NCBI RefSeq assembly: GCF_000150275.1
Contig: NW_002060944.1
Coordinates: 7,888,735-7,952,734, forward strand
Direction: 5' to 3'
Length of the DNA stretch: 64,000 bases
From: Trichoplax adhaerens
Taxonomy: Eukaryota; Animalia; Placozoa
Of this stretch, positions 38,801 through 52,200 are shown piece after piece. Each line of letters begins with the position of its first letter. Positions within the stretch are counted from its first letter, which is position 1. The translations under genes were made by a program, and so were the position numbers. Below the pieces are notes generated by a model. The model worked only from the letters and a program-made list of their open reading frames with translations, had not been told where the DNA came from and did no database searches.

Positions 38801-41800
38801 TTAAATTCAAAAAGGACGATTTAATTATCAACCATTATGAGTAAGTTGGCTACTTTCAGATTGTTGTATGTGATTTGATAATAACTTTCTGTGACTAGCC
38901 ATAATTTTCTCATTTGGGATTACTAATATAATCTATGACTTAATTCATTAGAAACGGCAAATGGCATAAAGAATATGATAGAGCGTTCGTTGTGCGGGTA
39001 TTCTGAGATTATGCAATTTTTACTTGTCAAGATAAATTACTGTTTTTTTCAACTGTTTAAGTCAGACATTTTTAAAGCTAAATACTAATTTAGCATTCTA
39101 TTAATAGTCATTAGTTAATTTTATGAATGATCCACATCACGACGCTCCTTGGGAAGAAGATCCAACTGCAAAAGATGTCCTTCATTTATCTAGTGAAAAG
39201 GTAATAGGCAAGACAGCGTGACACCGGTAGTAGTGATTAGTGAAATTTGATTTGTTCTGCACTGACTTTACTTTTACTGCATTCGTTTGTCTTAAATGCA
39301 TATATATAAACACTATAATCACGGTATATTTAATACCAGTGCTTGCTTATCATATTATTTTTCTATACTTTTAGAGCTTACAAAATGTATTAAGTACAAA
39401 AAAGAAGCCGGTGATGGTCATGTTTTATGCTCCGTGTAAGCTTTCTTATTGTTTAGAAGTGGTCTGGCTTATACATAGATCAAATTATGATTTTAAAGAT
39501 GCACAGCCTGTTATTGTATCATATACTGTACAAGGCATTATAACTTTACAAGCTCAATTTACAGATAGTTACAGTAAATACCGTAAAAATTATGTAAAAT
39601 AATTTTATCTTAGGGTGCCGCTATTGTAAGATGTTCAAACCTCGTTTTGCCGAGGTTGCGAAGACATTGAAGCATGATGCAGTAAGTTTTTGATATACTT
39701 TAGTAATCCTCAATTTTACTGAAAAAGATGCTAAGCAATATCGAAATGAAAATCGCTACAACGTTTACGTATGAACCCCCTTCTAGATAATGGCAGGAAT
39801 TGACAGTGATTCTCCCGCTAATTATGGCTTGATTAGTAGATTTAATATTGTCAGTTACCCAACCCTTATCTACTTCAAGTAAGCTGTATTTTATTTCTTA
39901 ATTTTCAAATCTCATTTAGTACCCTGAATTAGGAGTTAATCGAATAGTATCATTTATTAACAGAGATGGTAAAGAATTATATAGATATAATATCACTTCA
40001 GATAAGGACCAAGCCAGAAATTTATACGAATGGATGCTCAAGTATATTTCAAATACTTTTCAATACTGCGGTTATAATGCTTTAGCTAAAAATCATAGTT
40101 ATTAGTATACTAATTTAAAATTTGAATGTTTCTCTTATAATGTTATGCCTTGAAGTCCAAAATTGATTGAGCCTGAAAAGCCAGAGGAAGAAGAAAGCTG
40201 GAAGGATTCAAGTTTGGATGTCGTACATCTTGCTGACGACACATTCGAAGCTTTCATCACTAACCATTCATCGGTTCTGGTTATGTTTTATTCTAAATGT
40301 TAGCTCTAACAATTAAAAATTAGTCCGTTCTTATCAAATAGTAACTGTAAAAAGAATAAAATCGCTCTTCTTTTAGCCTGTTATTATTGCAAAAAGATGA
40401 AACCTGACTACATCGAAGCCGCCGCCAGACTCAAAAAAGAAAATGTATATTGAATTTTTAGTAAAACTATAAATAAATTAATTTTTTCAAGTCATCAATT
40501 GTAATAAGAGAACTAGTAGTTGCTTCTTGCCTATTAATCTTAAGACATTATTGAATTAGGTGGACGGTACTTTGGTAGCTGTCGATGCCAACGAGAATAA
40601 TGCGTTGTCTGAAAAATATTCAATAAAAGGATTTCCAACAGGTTCTATTTAATGTTGTTGCAGTAATCGATGTTATTATTTAATTCCCTTAGCTGATGAT
40701 GTTATTTGTGATTAAATTTATTTTCCGATCTGGCAACCACTTAATTCAAATAATACCATAGTTAAATATTTCAAGTGAGTTTCTATTATTAATTGAACTG
40801 CAGTTAATTTCTACATGTTTTAGATTATAACATTTGATTAATAATTTGGTGACCTACTTGTATATCTTGATTTGTGTAGCGATGGTGAATATAAATACAA
40901 TGTTGATTATCGTACAGCTGATGAGATTGTCGAATTTATGAAAGAGTAAGTAAAACCGCAAAATTCTATTTAACGCTATGCATCGAGACTATGATTGATT
41001 AAAAATTGTAATGTAGCCCTCAAGAGCCTATGCAAGTTGAACAGCTTGATCAAGAATGGAGCCTGTTCAATAAATTTATGGCTATGCTAAATGATGATGA
41101 TTATAAAGATACGTTAAAGAAAATAAAGTATTCTTTGGTCATGTTTTATACTCCTGGTTAGAGAATAAGCATATTTTCTAAATTTTTTTTTTATTACCTG
41201 AGGTGTACTAATATCCACTCCATTTAGGATGTGAACAATCAAAAAAAGCAATTGGGGATTATCTAGCAGCTTCCATGACTGTCAGTGGACCTAAGGTAGC
41301 ATTATCATTTGATTTCTAAGTAAGATTAGTATACTGTATGCAGAACGCGAATGTTCTTTGTCATTTTTTGTTATATAGGTAATAATTAAATCAGTCCAAT
41401 TTTGTCTGGGAATGCTAATTTTGTACAATGTAATTATTGGTTATATAGTACAGATTATTTGCTGTTAATTGCAATGAAGCAGAAAAAATGTGTCAAGAAT
41501 ACAACATTCAAGGGTTAGAAATAATTTTAGTGTTTCATTTTCCCTAAAGAATACTTTTTGAACAGCTGAGAATTGTGTTGTTTACTATTTAGTTATCCGT
41601 CATTCTTATATTTTAAACATGGCAAAAAGCCTAAATCATACGAAGGCGATCAAACGGTGATGATAATAGATTATTTCCATCATGATATCATATTATGTTA
41701 CGTGTATTATCGGATTTCAGTTCTTGTACATTAAAATTGTGATTATTAGAAATCTAAATTTAGTTGACTATGTCAATAGCGAACTGGCTTTGTTGGCTTA

Positions 41801-44075
41801 ATGAAAAGTCTCGGTTATAAACCAGAAGAGCGTCCAAATGAAGTTAAAAGTAATGATGACCAGCAGACTGAATCTAACGAAGTGGAAAACAAGGCAGAGG
41901 TTTTGGAGGCAGGAACAGACGTCGCAGCTAGAAATGAGAAAGGTAATAACGTTGCATGAAAAAAATGGTTAAATAACAGCTCGAATGCCCATATCAATAT
42001 CTGATTATAAAATTTTAGATGAGGATACACCCGCTAGTAAATCAGGATCTTCGTTATCTGACAATGCGGCTAGTTCATCCGATGAAAATAATGAACAAGG
42101 TTAGGCTACTACAGAGTACGCTTCCATATCTTATAATACTTAATTAATTGCTTTAAACTGTAGATAAAGATTTTAAAGAGGAGAAACTGAAGAATGAAGA
42201 AATAAACAAAATTAATGATGGTTCTGATATCAAATCGGGACAGGCGAAAACCGTCGTAAGTGCTGATCTACCGGTAGATGGAAGCCAAGTAAACAAGGAT
42301 TCAAGTTTATCACCAAAAGACGATGAATCTAGACTAGACAACACGACTGATAAAGCAGAGGATAGAAAAGAAAAGGAACAACCAAATAGTGATGATAAAG
42401 AGAATGAAGATAGTATGAACGATGAAATAGATCATAAAGAAGAAGAAAAAACGGAAGCAAGCAATGATAATGGAAAGCAAAAAAAGCCAGCAATAACAAT
42501 ATTTGGCTATGAGCAGGAGTATTGGCTTCCTAAAATTTTTCACGATAAATTTGATTCCTTCATTAAAATGCATAACCGTTTACTAATCGTATTTCTATCC
42601 TCTTCTCCAGGTAATTCGAATAACTAGCTTAGTTTAATATTTTACAATGGAAAGTCAGGAATTTTAGCCATTTTTTAATTTTTAAATAAACGCTCTTCGT
42701 TAGAGGATCATATTAAAGGCGTCACTCTGGATTCTGTTGCTAGAAAAGTTAATAAATTCGCTATTGACAACAAGGTAATTCGAGGAATAATTTGCAACAT
42801 ATTTGCGCCAAATCTTGGTAGATTTATCTACTCATGTAACCTTCTATTGATAATATTTTATTACGCTATGTAGTTTTTGTCAAACCAGTAAATCAAATAT
42901 CAACTTTGCGAGCAGAAATTTGAAACGTTAATATCTAATGCATTATCATTTCCCATACTTCATTTCTTGCAATAATTTCAAACGAGTGCTTATTGTCTAG
43001 ATATCATGAATTGACTGATTAGGTATCTATGTCCGATTTTATATACAGAGACCTTATATGCTTGCAGTAGTAGACTGTGTTGATGATTATGATTTCTGCT
43101 TGCAAAAAGAGGTAGAAAAGCTTCCGACAGGTATGATTAATTCTGTGGTAAGACACATTGCTAACGTTAAAACTGTTTGTGCATCTGCTTGTTGTAGCTA
43201 TGTATTGTTTTATTACGCAGAGGCACGATCATGTAACAGTGTATGGAGTCTATTATATATATTTTTATTGAAGTAAACGGCAATACCGTTAGATGCTGCC
43301 GTTTTATTATTGTTAAGGCTCTTCTGTAGCCTGCGATTATATTATATTAATTAAATTTATTGAATAAATTTCTATTTCTAGTAAACTAGTATCAGTATGA
43401 GCATTAAGCACTGATAGTATAGTATTACCTTACCTGCTTTAAAATCTAAACTAGATCGTTTTCTTTGATAATGGCGAAAGTTCTATCTTGATTTAATATT
43501 TATCTATTCTTTTCTTCTTCACAGCCATCTATTATCAGTAAGTGGTCATTTAAATTTCAAACATATCTCGCTGATTAAATTTTTGACCGTTCTGCGATTT
43601 GGAAAAGATTACTATCAAAATCATAGCTGCTCTGAATACTTAAGACTGGGAGATCATTGCATTATTACGCTTAACGTTGTAATATGTACCACTATAGTTT
43701 ACGGTATCGTTTTATATTTAACAATATTTATAGTAATGGTAAACCAATTGTTCGATATACCGGAAAAAGAACACCTGAAGCTTTAGTCGATTTTCTGGAA
43801 AGGTTGGTAAAGATATGTATATGTGTGTTAATTTGCAATCTTTTATACAATGATTTTCCTGAAACTTCATCAATATACTTAATAGTCCACCAACAAAAAG
43901 TAAACCTCTTGGTGAACAAAAAGTATACAGAATGGATCGAGAAGAATTTCTAGATTACATGGATGACGTTAAGATTCGTGAATTAAATATGCCTAGTATT
44001 GATAAATTGGAAGAAATAGTAGATCTATCGAGAGCAGAATTACAAAGAATTATGCTCAAACATGATGAGTTATAA
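35857..44075 (+). CDS. PDIA5: Protein disulfide-isomerase A5 (PDIR)-like, extended, multi-exon
   Basis: Signal peptide MRAFLAICILICGCYLLQ. PDIR b-domain KEYKKLLRTRKNILI..YVDCG..KKLCKKLKI..EYDRA..APWEEDPTAKDVLH. Thioredoxin domains FYAPWCRYC, FYSKSCYYC and FYTPGCEQS, then an acidic linker, a further Trx-like domain and C-terminal KHDEL-stop (44073-44075). Confidence 0.9.
36229..36237 (+). promoter_or_regulatory. UPRE-like element TGACGTGGC in PDIA5 intron 1
   Basis: Exact match to the XBP1/ATF6 UPRE core TGACGTGG inside an ER-foldase gene. The motif is short and function is untested. Confidence 0.3.
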
Positions 44076-46280
44076 TCTTATTGTTATGGGTAAAATTTAA
44101 GTAGAGGGCGTAGATACTTTTTCACGTAATAAAGCAGCAAGATGATAGATTATCTTAGTTTTAAAATTAATTACATTAATACGCGAAAAAGAGTTTTTAT
44201 GAATCTGAACAACAATGCAGAAGTGAATGTGATATCTTGAATAACAAGAATTTAGCCATCTGTCGGATTTGCCTAGTTATAGATTTTAAAAATATGACGA
44301 GTATGTTAAATTCTTATCTATTTCTGGTCTAAGTTGTTACTTTATTTGATACTAAATCACAGTTGTTACTTGATTTAGAAGATGTAGTAGATTGGTTTTC
44401 TACGGTGCTTACCTTTACAGGCGCAATTATGAACAGCGGCTTGACTAAGATTTAATACGGTGCTTAGCAGACATTTTAGTAAAGTCACAGATATCAACTA
44501 TTCCATTGTTTACGTGAATTGTTCGTATAGAATGATCAAACATTACGGAAGTAAATAAATAATGGTTATGATTTACACGATATTGATGCCTTATCTACTT
44601 ACATCTATCAATTCATTCTACAGGCGTAGAAAATTAAACAATTATTGATTGTAGGCATCTATTCATTTTCATTTTTTGTGCAAAACGATAATACTTATAC
44701 TCGGAGATTTATTTCCATAAAGCGCCCAAATTGTCATAAATGGCGATGTAATCTTACAATGACTTTGGCTTTCGTTAATAAACAGCATACTACGATATGT
44801 AGTAGAGCAAACTTATCCTTATGATATGGCGATAATGGATGATCCTGTTGAAAAGTGGTATAACCCCACATGTATTATAAATTTACTAGCTGATCTTAAA
44901 AATCTAACGGTCACAAAGATTTTTGTGACTGCGCAGCCTTATAGGTTACGGTTTAACCACGTTATTAAATTATTAAATGAATATGCTCTTGTCTATTAAA
45001 TAGGTAATCTAGAAATAACTTTGAAATTGTTACGATGTATAGACTCTTAGCCGAGAACACATAACGTTATTTTTATGAATTTAATGAAAAGCAGAATGTA
45101 GCATAATGTACTGGTTTTAGTAACTAGTCTGTGAAACTAAGCTAAATCCACTATCCCCCTGGATCCTATAAAAAGGGACAAACTTAGCAGTGTCTGTATA
45201 CGTGTTGCTTATGGAGCGTGATAGAACCAAACATCAATTCATAACCACCAATGCTCTAAACGTATATTCATTTATTCTTAAAGGCAAGAAAATAAAATTT
45301 CTTACCATTTTAGTTTTACATAATTACGATATAAAAAGTAGAATCATAACGTTTAGATTAACTAATAACAATAATGAATATTCGATGTACTCGTATAAAT
45401 TCGATGAAGCAATTAATTTTGCAGTTGACTTATGTCGAGAATATTGTAAAATACCAGAATTTTCGATCGTGTAATCAAATGAATAATGTAGTAGATTAAT
45501 CCGTAAAAGAGAAGCAAAGTAATATTTGTAAACTAGCCTTTCAATACACTGAAAGGTTCAACTACTAAAGGGATGAAATTTTAATCAGCCATCAAGGATA
45601 TTGTCGATCAATACATATACATATAGAATTGACTCATTAATATTAGTAGCTATATGAATGAAACGTAGTCATTTTTAAGCGTTATGTCATGATTCCATAG
45701 CCTATTCGTCATTTTCCTCCTAAATGGTTTTAAAATCGATGATAAAAACAGTTTTATATTAATAGAATGGATATTCCAAAATGTATAACCAAATAATAAT
45801 TAATACACCAACAATTATTTTCCATTTTGGAATCGATACTGAAGGGGTTAACAATAATAACTGTAACGATTTCTAGATTATAATTATATTTTATAAATCA
45901 TCCTGGTATAAATGATATAGATTATTTAAGAATATACTGTATTTAAGCCATAATTAGGTCATAAAATGGAAAAACTTTGGAGCTGAGAGAAATACTATAT
46001 GTTAGTGATCGAGCGCAGCCACAGTAGAAAGAATTTACAGCCCACCCTCTGACCTCCACTTCCAAACCCACGTCATGAATATGAATAAAAATTATTCCAT
46101 TACTTTGCTTTAGCCAAGTTGAGTCTATACCGAACTATTTACCCCATTTATGGTACTATACCATCTGATTGTTACGTAATCCAACGTTACATAAAGTTGA
46201 ATGTCGTTTATAATAATAAGAAACATAATTTTCATTTCCTTCAAGAGAATTGAAGACGTCGCATAACCATGTGAACCAGC

Positions 46281-49200
46281 TTACAATACAATACAGCAAG
46301 CGGATTGTTGAACTCTAGCTGGAGGAAGTTCGACTGGAGGAGGCGGCTGTGGTTGCGCTTGAACAACTTTAGTTTCTCGTGTCGTATCTTCTTTAGGCGA
46401 TTGATAGGAATGATTATCATTAGCCTGTACAGGACGATCATCGGTTTTAGTTAGATCATCTGCTGGAACTGATTCAGGCGAAGGTTCAGGCTGATCTTTG
46501 GATTGAGAATCTGAATGATTATCGTCAGCTTTTACAGCATGATCATTGGTTTTAGCTTGATCATCTACTAGAACTGATTCTGGCAAAGTCTCTGGCTGAT
46601 CTTTGGGTTGAGGATCTCCTTCGGCTAGTGATTGTTCGATTATTCCATTTGTACGTAGGGCTGATGGTGGAGGCGAAGATGTAGCTGGCAATCGAGAGAC
46701 AGCCTGCGTATCTAATGTCGCAGTTTCGCCATCTCCTTCAGTACTTTCTCCTGCAACTGCGCTTTCACTCTTTTTAATTTTCTTAGGTGGTACCTCAACT
46801 TGCAAGTTAGCTGCAACAGCTGATGGATTCGTTGTGTTCAGCAAAGATTTCAATTGAGATAGCTGTCAAGCAAATAAATAATATTAGTCAAGTGAATAAC
46901 AGAAATTTTTGAATACTGAGTGGTAAAAATGTGAAAACTGTTAACATTATAGCACACCATAACTGTATCTAGATCCATATCTGTTGCCATGCTTGTAAAT
47001 TTTTTTAGTAGATCCTGAAAGGAAAATTAATATAGAAAGAATTCTTTAAGAGATTATGGCACAGTCGTACAGCGGTAAAGTATTTGAAGTAGTATGGATG
47101 GATTAAGCTATCTACGGGTAGAGCTGTAGCAATATTGCTTCATAAGAATATAAAACAGTTTAAATGGTGTACCATTTTATTTTCCAGCCTCTGTAATTTC
47201 TTTTTCATTGTGTTTTGCGCAAAAGTCATTTTAGCCATTCTAGCAAAGTTTTCCTAGAGGTAGCAGAATTAAGGGTTCATTTCTTGTAATTATAACCACT
47301 TTCTATCAAATACCATATGTCATAGCACAGACTATTCCATGTAAATAATGATTTATATCTCTACATAACGGATGATGATGCAGCTATGATTATCTTTCTA
47401 AATGCAAGATTATGCTCAAGATATTAATCTACACTTGCTGCTTATCAATTTGCATAGATCTGATCCTGTTTTTTTTTATTATACTGCACAAGTATAGAGC
47501 TTGCTACTGTTGAGTAGTTAGCGATATCTGGATATTGGCGCGATAAATCAATAAAATTTCTCATTTCAAATTTACGATTTCATTATGTTTAAGAAATATA
47601 GCGATTGCATACGATGATGAAACATTGCTATTTTACGATTAGTTGTCCATGCAGTTGTGCAACAGCTAAGCTAACATATATGGTAGCATCGCTACGCAAG
47701 CTGTTATTGACAAGCTATCCAATGACCTACAAATTAGAGTCCTACTATAGCAAATATGGCTAATGCTACTAAAAGTAGAAACTATTCTAAGCTCTTTCGG
47801 TTCGCACTGCTTTGCTTGCTTAATAAACATACCATTCCGCCCTGAGTAGCATGTGGTTGCATAGCTTTAACCGATTTGCCACGAGTGAGAACTTTAGACA
47901 TAACCATGTCTTTGGTCTTGATACCTGCATTTCGATTTTGTGATTTGCTAGGTTCCTTATACCTGCCCCATACTTCTACGATCAGATAATCAGTCGTAAG
48001 GTAATCGATCAACTAGATTTGAAGAGAGGGAGAAAAATTTATTACAGACAACTTTCAAAATGCTCTAAAATTGGCAAAATGACGATTCCGACACTCATAG
48101 TTGACTATTTTTATGATTCTCTACAGAACTTGTCTACCTGTTGTGTTGCTGCCGAATATGAGACTAGCTTTTTAAAGTTATATTCTGGATTCCTTGTATT
48201 TTGAATAACTTCGGTAGTGATTGGTAAATCGTCTAAATAGAATTTGAATTTACACCAAGTTTCCTATTTGCAGGGCAGAAGAGAAGGAACGAGTCGGATC
48301 GTTCATTAATTATAGTTGTTTTTAAATATCAGTCCATTTCAATAATTCTTGCAATAATGAGTATTGTAACGTATGCAAGGACATTGAACTTACTAGGAAT
48401 TTATTAGGAAGTCCCAAGGCATGGCTGATATTTATAAGGAAATTAACTTTTTTCCCAAGCTATAAGGTTAAAAGAAAGAAAATAGTATTTACAGTCTTGG
48501 TCTAATTAATTAAAATTTGGATAATCTATTGATTTGGAACTAAATTTATGGCTAGATTATGATAATCAAAATATAATTTTCCGAAGCATTGTTTATTCTT
48601 ACTAGTTCAGACGGGCTATCGACAAAGATGTCCGCATCGATATCATATTCTTTTCCATTTTCATCACAAGGAATGAGTTCTACCTGCATGATGTAAGCCA
48701 TGAAGAACAACATGAAATTATTCTCTGAAATTATAAGCATAATTTAACCTACATAGAAAGGAACTGTTCTTTCAAAGGTATTAGCTAATTAATATCATAA
48801 CATACTCTAAGTTTGCCCATATTGGTCCCTTTATAGTCGGAAATTGTTAGGTGCTCCCTCATATCAATCTATAAAAATAGAGAAATATTAAATTTCTGGT
48901 ACTTAAATTAGGCTATAGCTACATCTCCGACTCGTTGAGAATTACCAAATAAGAAAGGCTTTCCAAGTATACCATGGTGGTACCAATGAAAATATCAGTA
49001 GAAGCACTCTCTGTGAAAGGATCTCGTTCCTATGTCATTCAAGGCAATAAAGGCAGATAATCTTAATACTTTATGCTGAAATTAAACTATGTAATAAAAA
49101 TATCGCTAAGATCTTCTACTGCTAGAGAAACTTACATCTGGTAGAGTCCAATCTTCTCCTTCGATGTAGTTCTGATACATTTCTTGCATTAAAAATTTTC

Positions 49201-52200
49201 GATTAGTAAATCGATTAATTGGCCATAGCCAATCTAACTTGGATTCTAAATTGGTCATCTTGATGAACGGCTACAATGGTAATAAATAATTCGGAACTGT
49301 TTAGTTATTTTGATAGCAGAGTTTGACTACTTCTATACCGTAGATCGATTTAGCCAATATTATTGGAATGGAATAAATATTCAGTGCATGATAGAATATT
49401 GAACTATTGTAATATAGCTTATTCGCGGTGATATTCCACGTTACGCAGTAACTTACTTCTGGTCTCCCTTTCGACAAGCCGCGAGCCTCTGGTGAGAGAA
49501 TAACAATTTCAAAATCAACTTTTCGATCTAATTCTTGACTAATTGCATTTGCTTCTTCAACCATGGGCAAAAGTTCAATTAACTCCTCTCGAAGTAACAA
49601 TTGCTCTCGTGATTTTTCTGATGTATCCATGTCAAATCCGGCCACAGCAGCAATTTCTTCTTGTGCTTTTTCATAAGTTACCGTAGGCAGCCTGATATTA
49701 TTGGCCTTTGCGGCTTCCAATTCCAACGGGTGATGGAAAACATATAAGTGATTTGATCCGAACATAACCCTAATTTAAGAATAGAATGACAAATGTCGAC
49801 ATAAATCACATAACTGAGCTATTGGTTAAGCCTCATCATCTATTCTTATATCAAACTTCTATTCTGATATTCAATAGGATTGTATGTGTGTCTATCTTTT
49901 CTGACAGCGTTACCTATCACCATGGTGGAGAATAACTTTCGAGGTAACTGTTTCACCATTTAAAAGTACTTTTGCATTATTGCAAGCACGAACGGTAATT
50001 TGCCCATCCTTACTGGTTACAATTGCGTGTTCCGATAGAATGCTATACAATATAAAATGTACGTAGATAATTGTGATTAGTCGTTTATATTGATGCTGTT
50101 GAATTTTAACCGAATAAATTGCCATGATGCTTGATGAACTTTCAAAGAAAAGCAGAGTCTGAATATGGGGTTTTACACCCTGAAAATCAGTTTAGTAAAT
50201 CTCTGTATATGAGCTGCAGGCTAAATGAGCTACAATTCCGGTATGATTATTTCGTAACGATTAACTGCTCCAATTTAGACAGTTTTGCATGTATCTGTTA
50301 TTGAATTCGAGAACCGTATGCTCTTTGCAATAACGATTTAATTTGAATTAAGTTTTCTTAGCGAATAGCTGCTATATAAAAGTACGGTACATATCAGGGC
50401 AATAGACTAGATGGTTTCGTAGCTATTCCGTCTTGTTTAGATATTGATTAAAAATTATAATGATTGCATGTATTATTTGCACTCTATATGAAACGAAGTA
50501 AGGTAACGAGAAAACTGAGATCTTACCTCAAACCCTTCAGCTCGATTGCTGGCGAAGTATCACCTAAACCATTGCCAATAATATTTTCTCCTTCATTAAT
50601 AGTGTGGATAATCATTGCCGACAGTTGAGAATCAACATTTAGATTCCAAAAATGTGGAGATGTTTTGGCAGCTTCTTTGACGGAGATGGCAGCTTTATTT
50701 ACTTCCTAAGACATTGAAGACATTTATTAAATAATACTGCATTGCTTGTAGCACTGTAACATAACGATCGTATATTAGCATATTTTTAGATATGATGAAT
50801 TCTACTTGACGTGATTTTAAACCTACCTCGTATAATTCTTGAGCCAGAACTAATTTTTCCTGCCATGATTGATTCATTTCTTCAAGCCTTCGATCATTCT
50901 CTACCATCTAAGAATATTTAATAAGAATTTAGATCAGCAATGCTTAATAATTCCTATCAATCTGCAGTTTATATGAAAAGGGTAAACGAGATTATAACTT
51001 ACCCTAGCTCGTAGCTCTTCTTCCATTTGTTCTTTCATTTTGGCAATTTCTGCATATCAAATAATCCAGATTAATAAGCTAAATGACGTAATGTAAATCC
51101 ATCAAGTAATTGAATTTTTTGATTTGCTCTCACCTTCTTCCGAAATTCCTTCTGCAGCTTTTTCGTCCTCATCATCATCATCCTTTGGAATTTCGCCATT
51201 TTCTAATGCCGCTTTCAACTTGGCATTTTCCTCCTGTAATTCGCGTATTAATTTCTCTGTTGGATCTTCATTAACTACCGCACTGGTCTTAATCTGCTTA
51301 GCTCGATCAGCTGTAAATATCGTATATTAATTAATCGTTAATATGATATAGTAGATTGGGTTTGTTAGTTAAAAAGAACGCGCATATGTTCTGGTCATTA
51401 ATGAATAGAAACACTAGCTACTTCCGATTGTTGCCTTACCATAACGTAAAGTTGATAATGTTTCGTCAAAGTTAATATCTGCAGGGCTAATAGCTGCAAT
51501 CTACCATAAAAATATCGTGTAGGATAAGTACTAGTTGGTTCAAGTTTTCCGTCCTAACTGTACAGATCAGATAGAACTAGAATCTATTCACTAACCATGA
51601 TAGTTTTACTGTTTCCGCCAAGAGCATTCTTGAGCAGCTTTGTCAAGACAGAGTCACGATATGGAACTGTACCCAATATAAGCAAAGTGGATTTTAGGAT
51701 AAAATAGATCGTTGATAAAGTTTTAAAAGCTGATATATAATAGAACTGAAATACTCCCACTGAGGAAAGTAGCATTAATTTGATGATGTGATTTGTAAAA
51801 ATTATAAACGGAAATTATTCCGACGTTTCATTACTCGCCATGGCGTACCTCGAACATTCTTTCCATTCGCCTTGTCAGCAAGCGCTTTGCAAAGATAGAT
51901 AGTAGTTTAAAATGAGTACTTTACTTTTATAGTAAGTGAACTTTATTAAATGTACGTAGCATGATTAGTATTAAGCATTGTCGTATGATTTTTAGCGACT
52001 AATTTAACTACCTGCAATAACATTGCCAAGACTGGATAACGACTGATTAATAGCTGCACCTTCCTTCAAGCGATCTCCAGTAGCTCCTGTAGAATCAGCT
52101 CGTTCACTAAGTCATAGAATTTAAAATTTCTTTCAGAGGCGAAATAACGGATACTAGATCTGTAACTCAAATTACAGCATATTTTCTATTCTAAATTAGA

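Noticed and set aside
44100-46240. Short ORFs between PDIA5 and the kinesin (e.g. 45190-45474) and other 60-100 aa ORF-track entries
   Set aside because: AT-rich UTR, intron or antisense sequence without recognisable motifs; others are read-through extensions of real exons.
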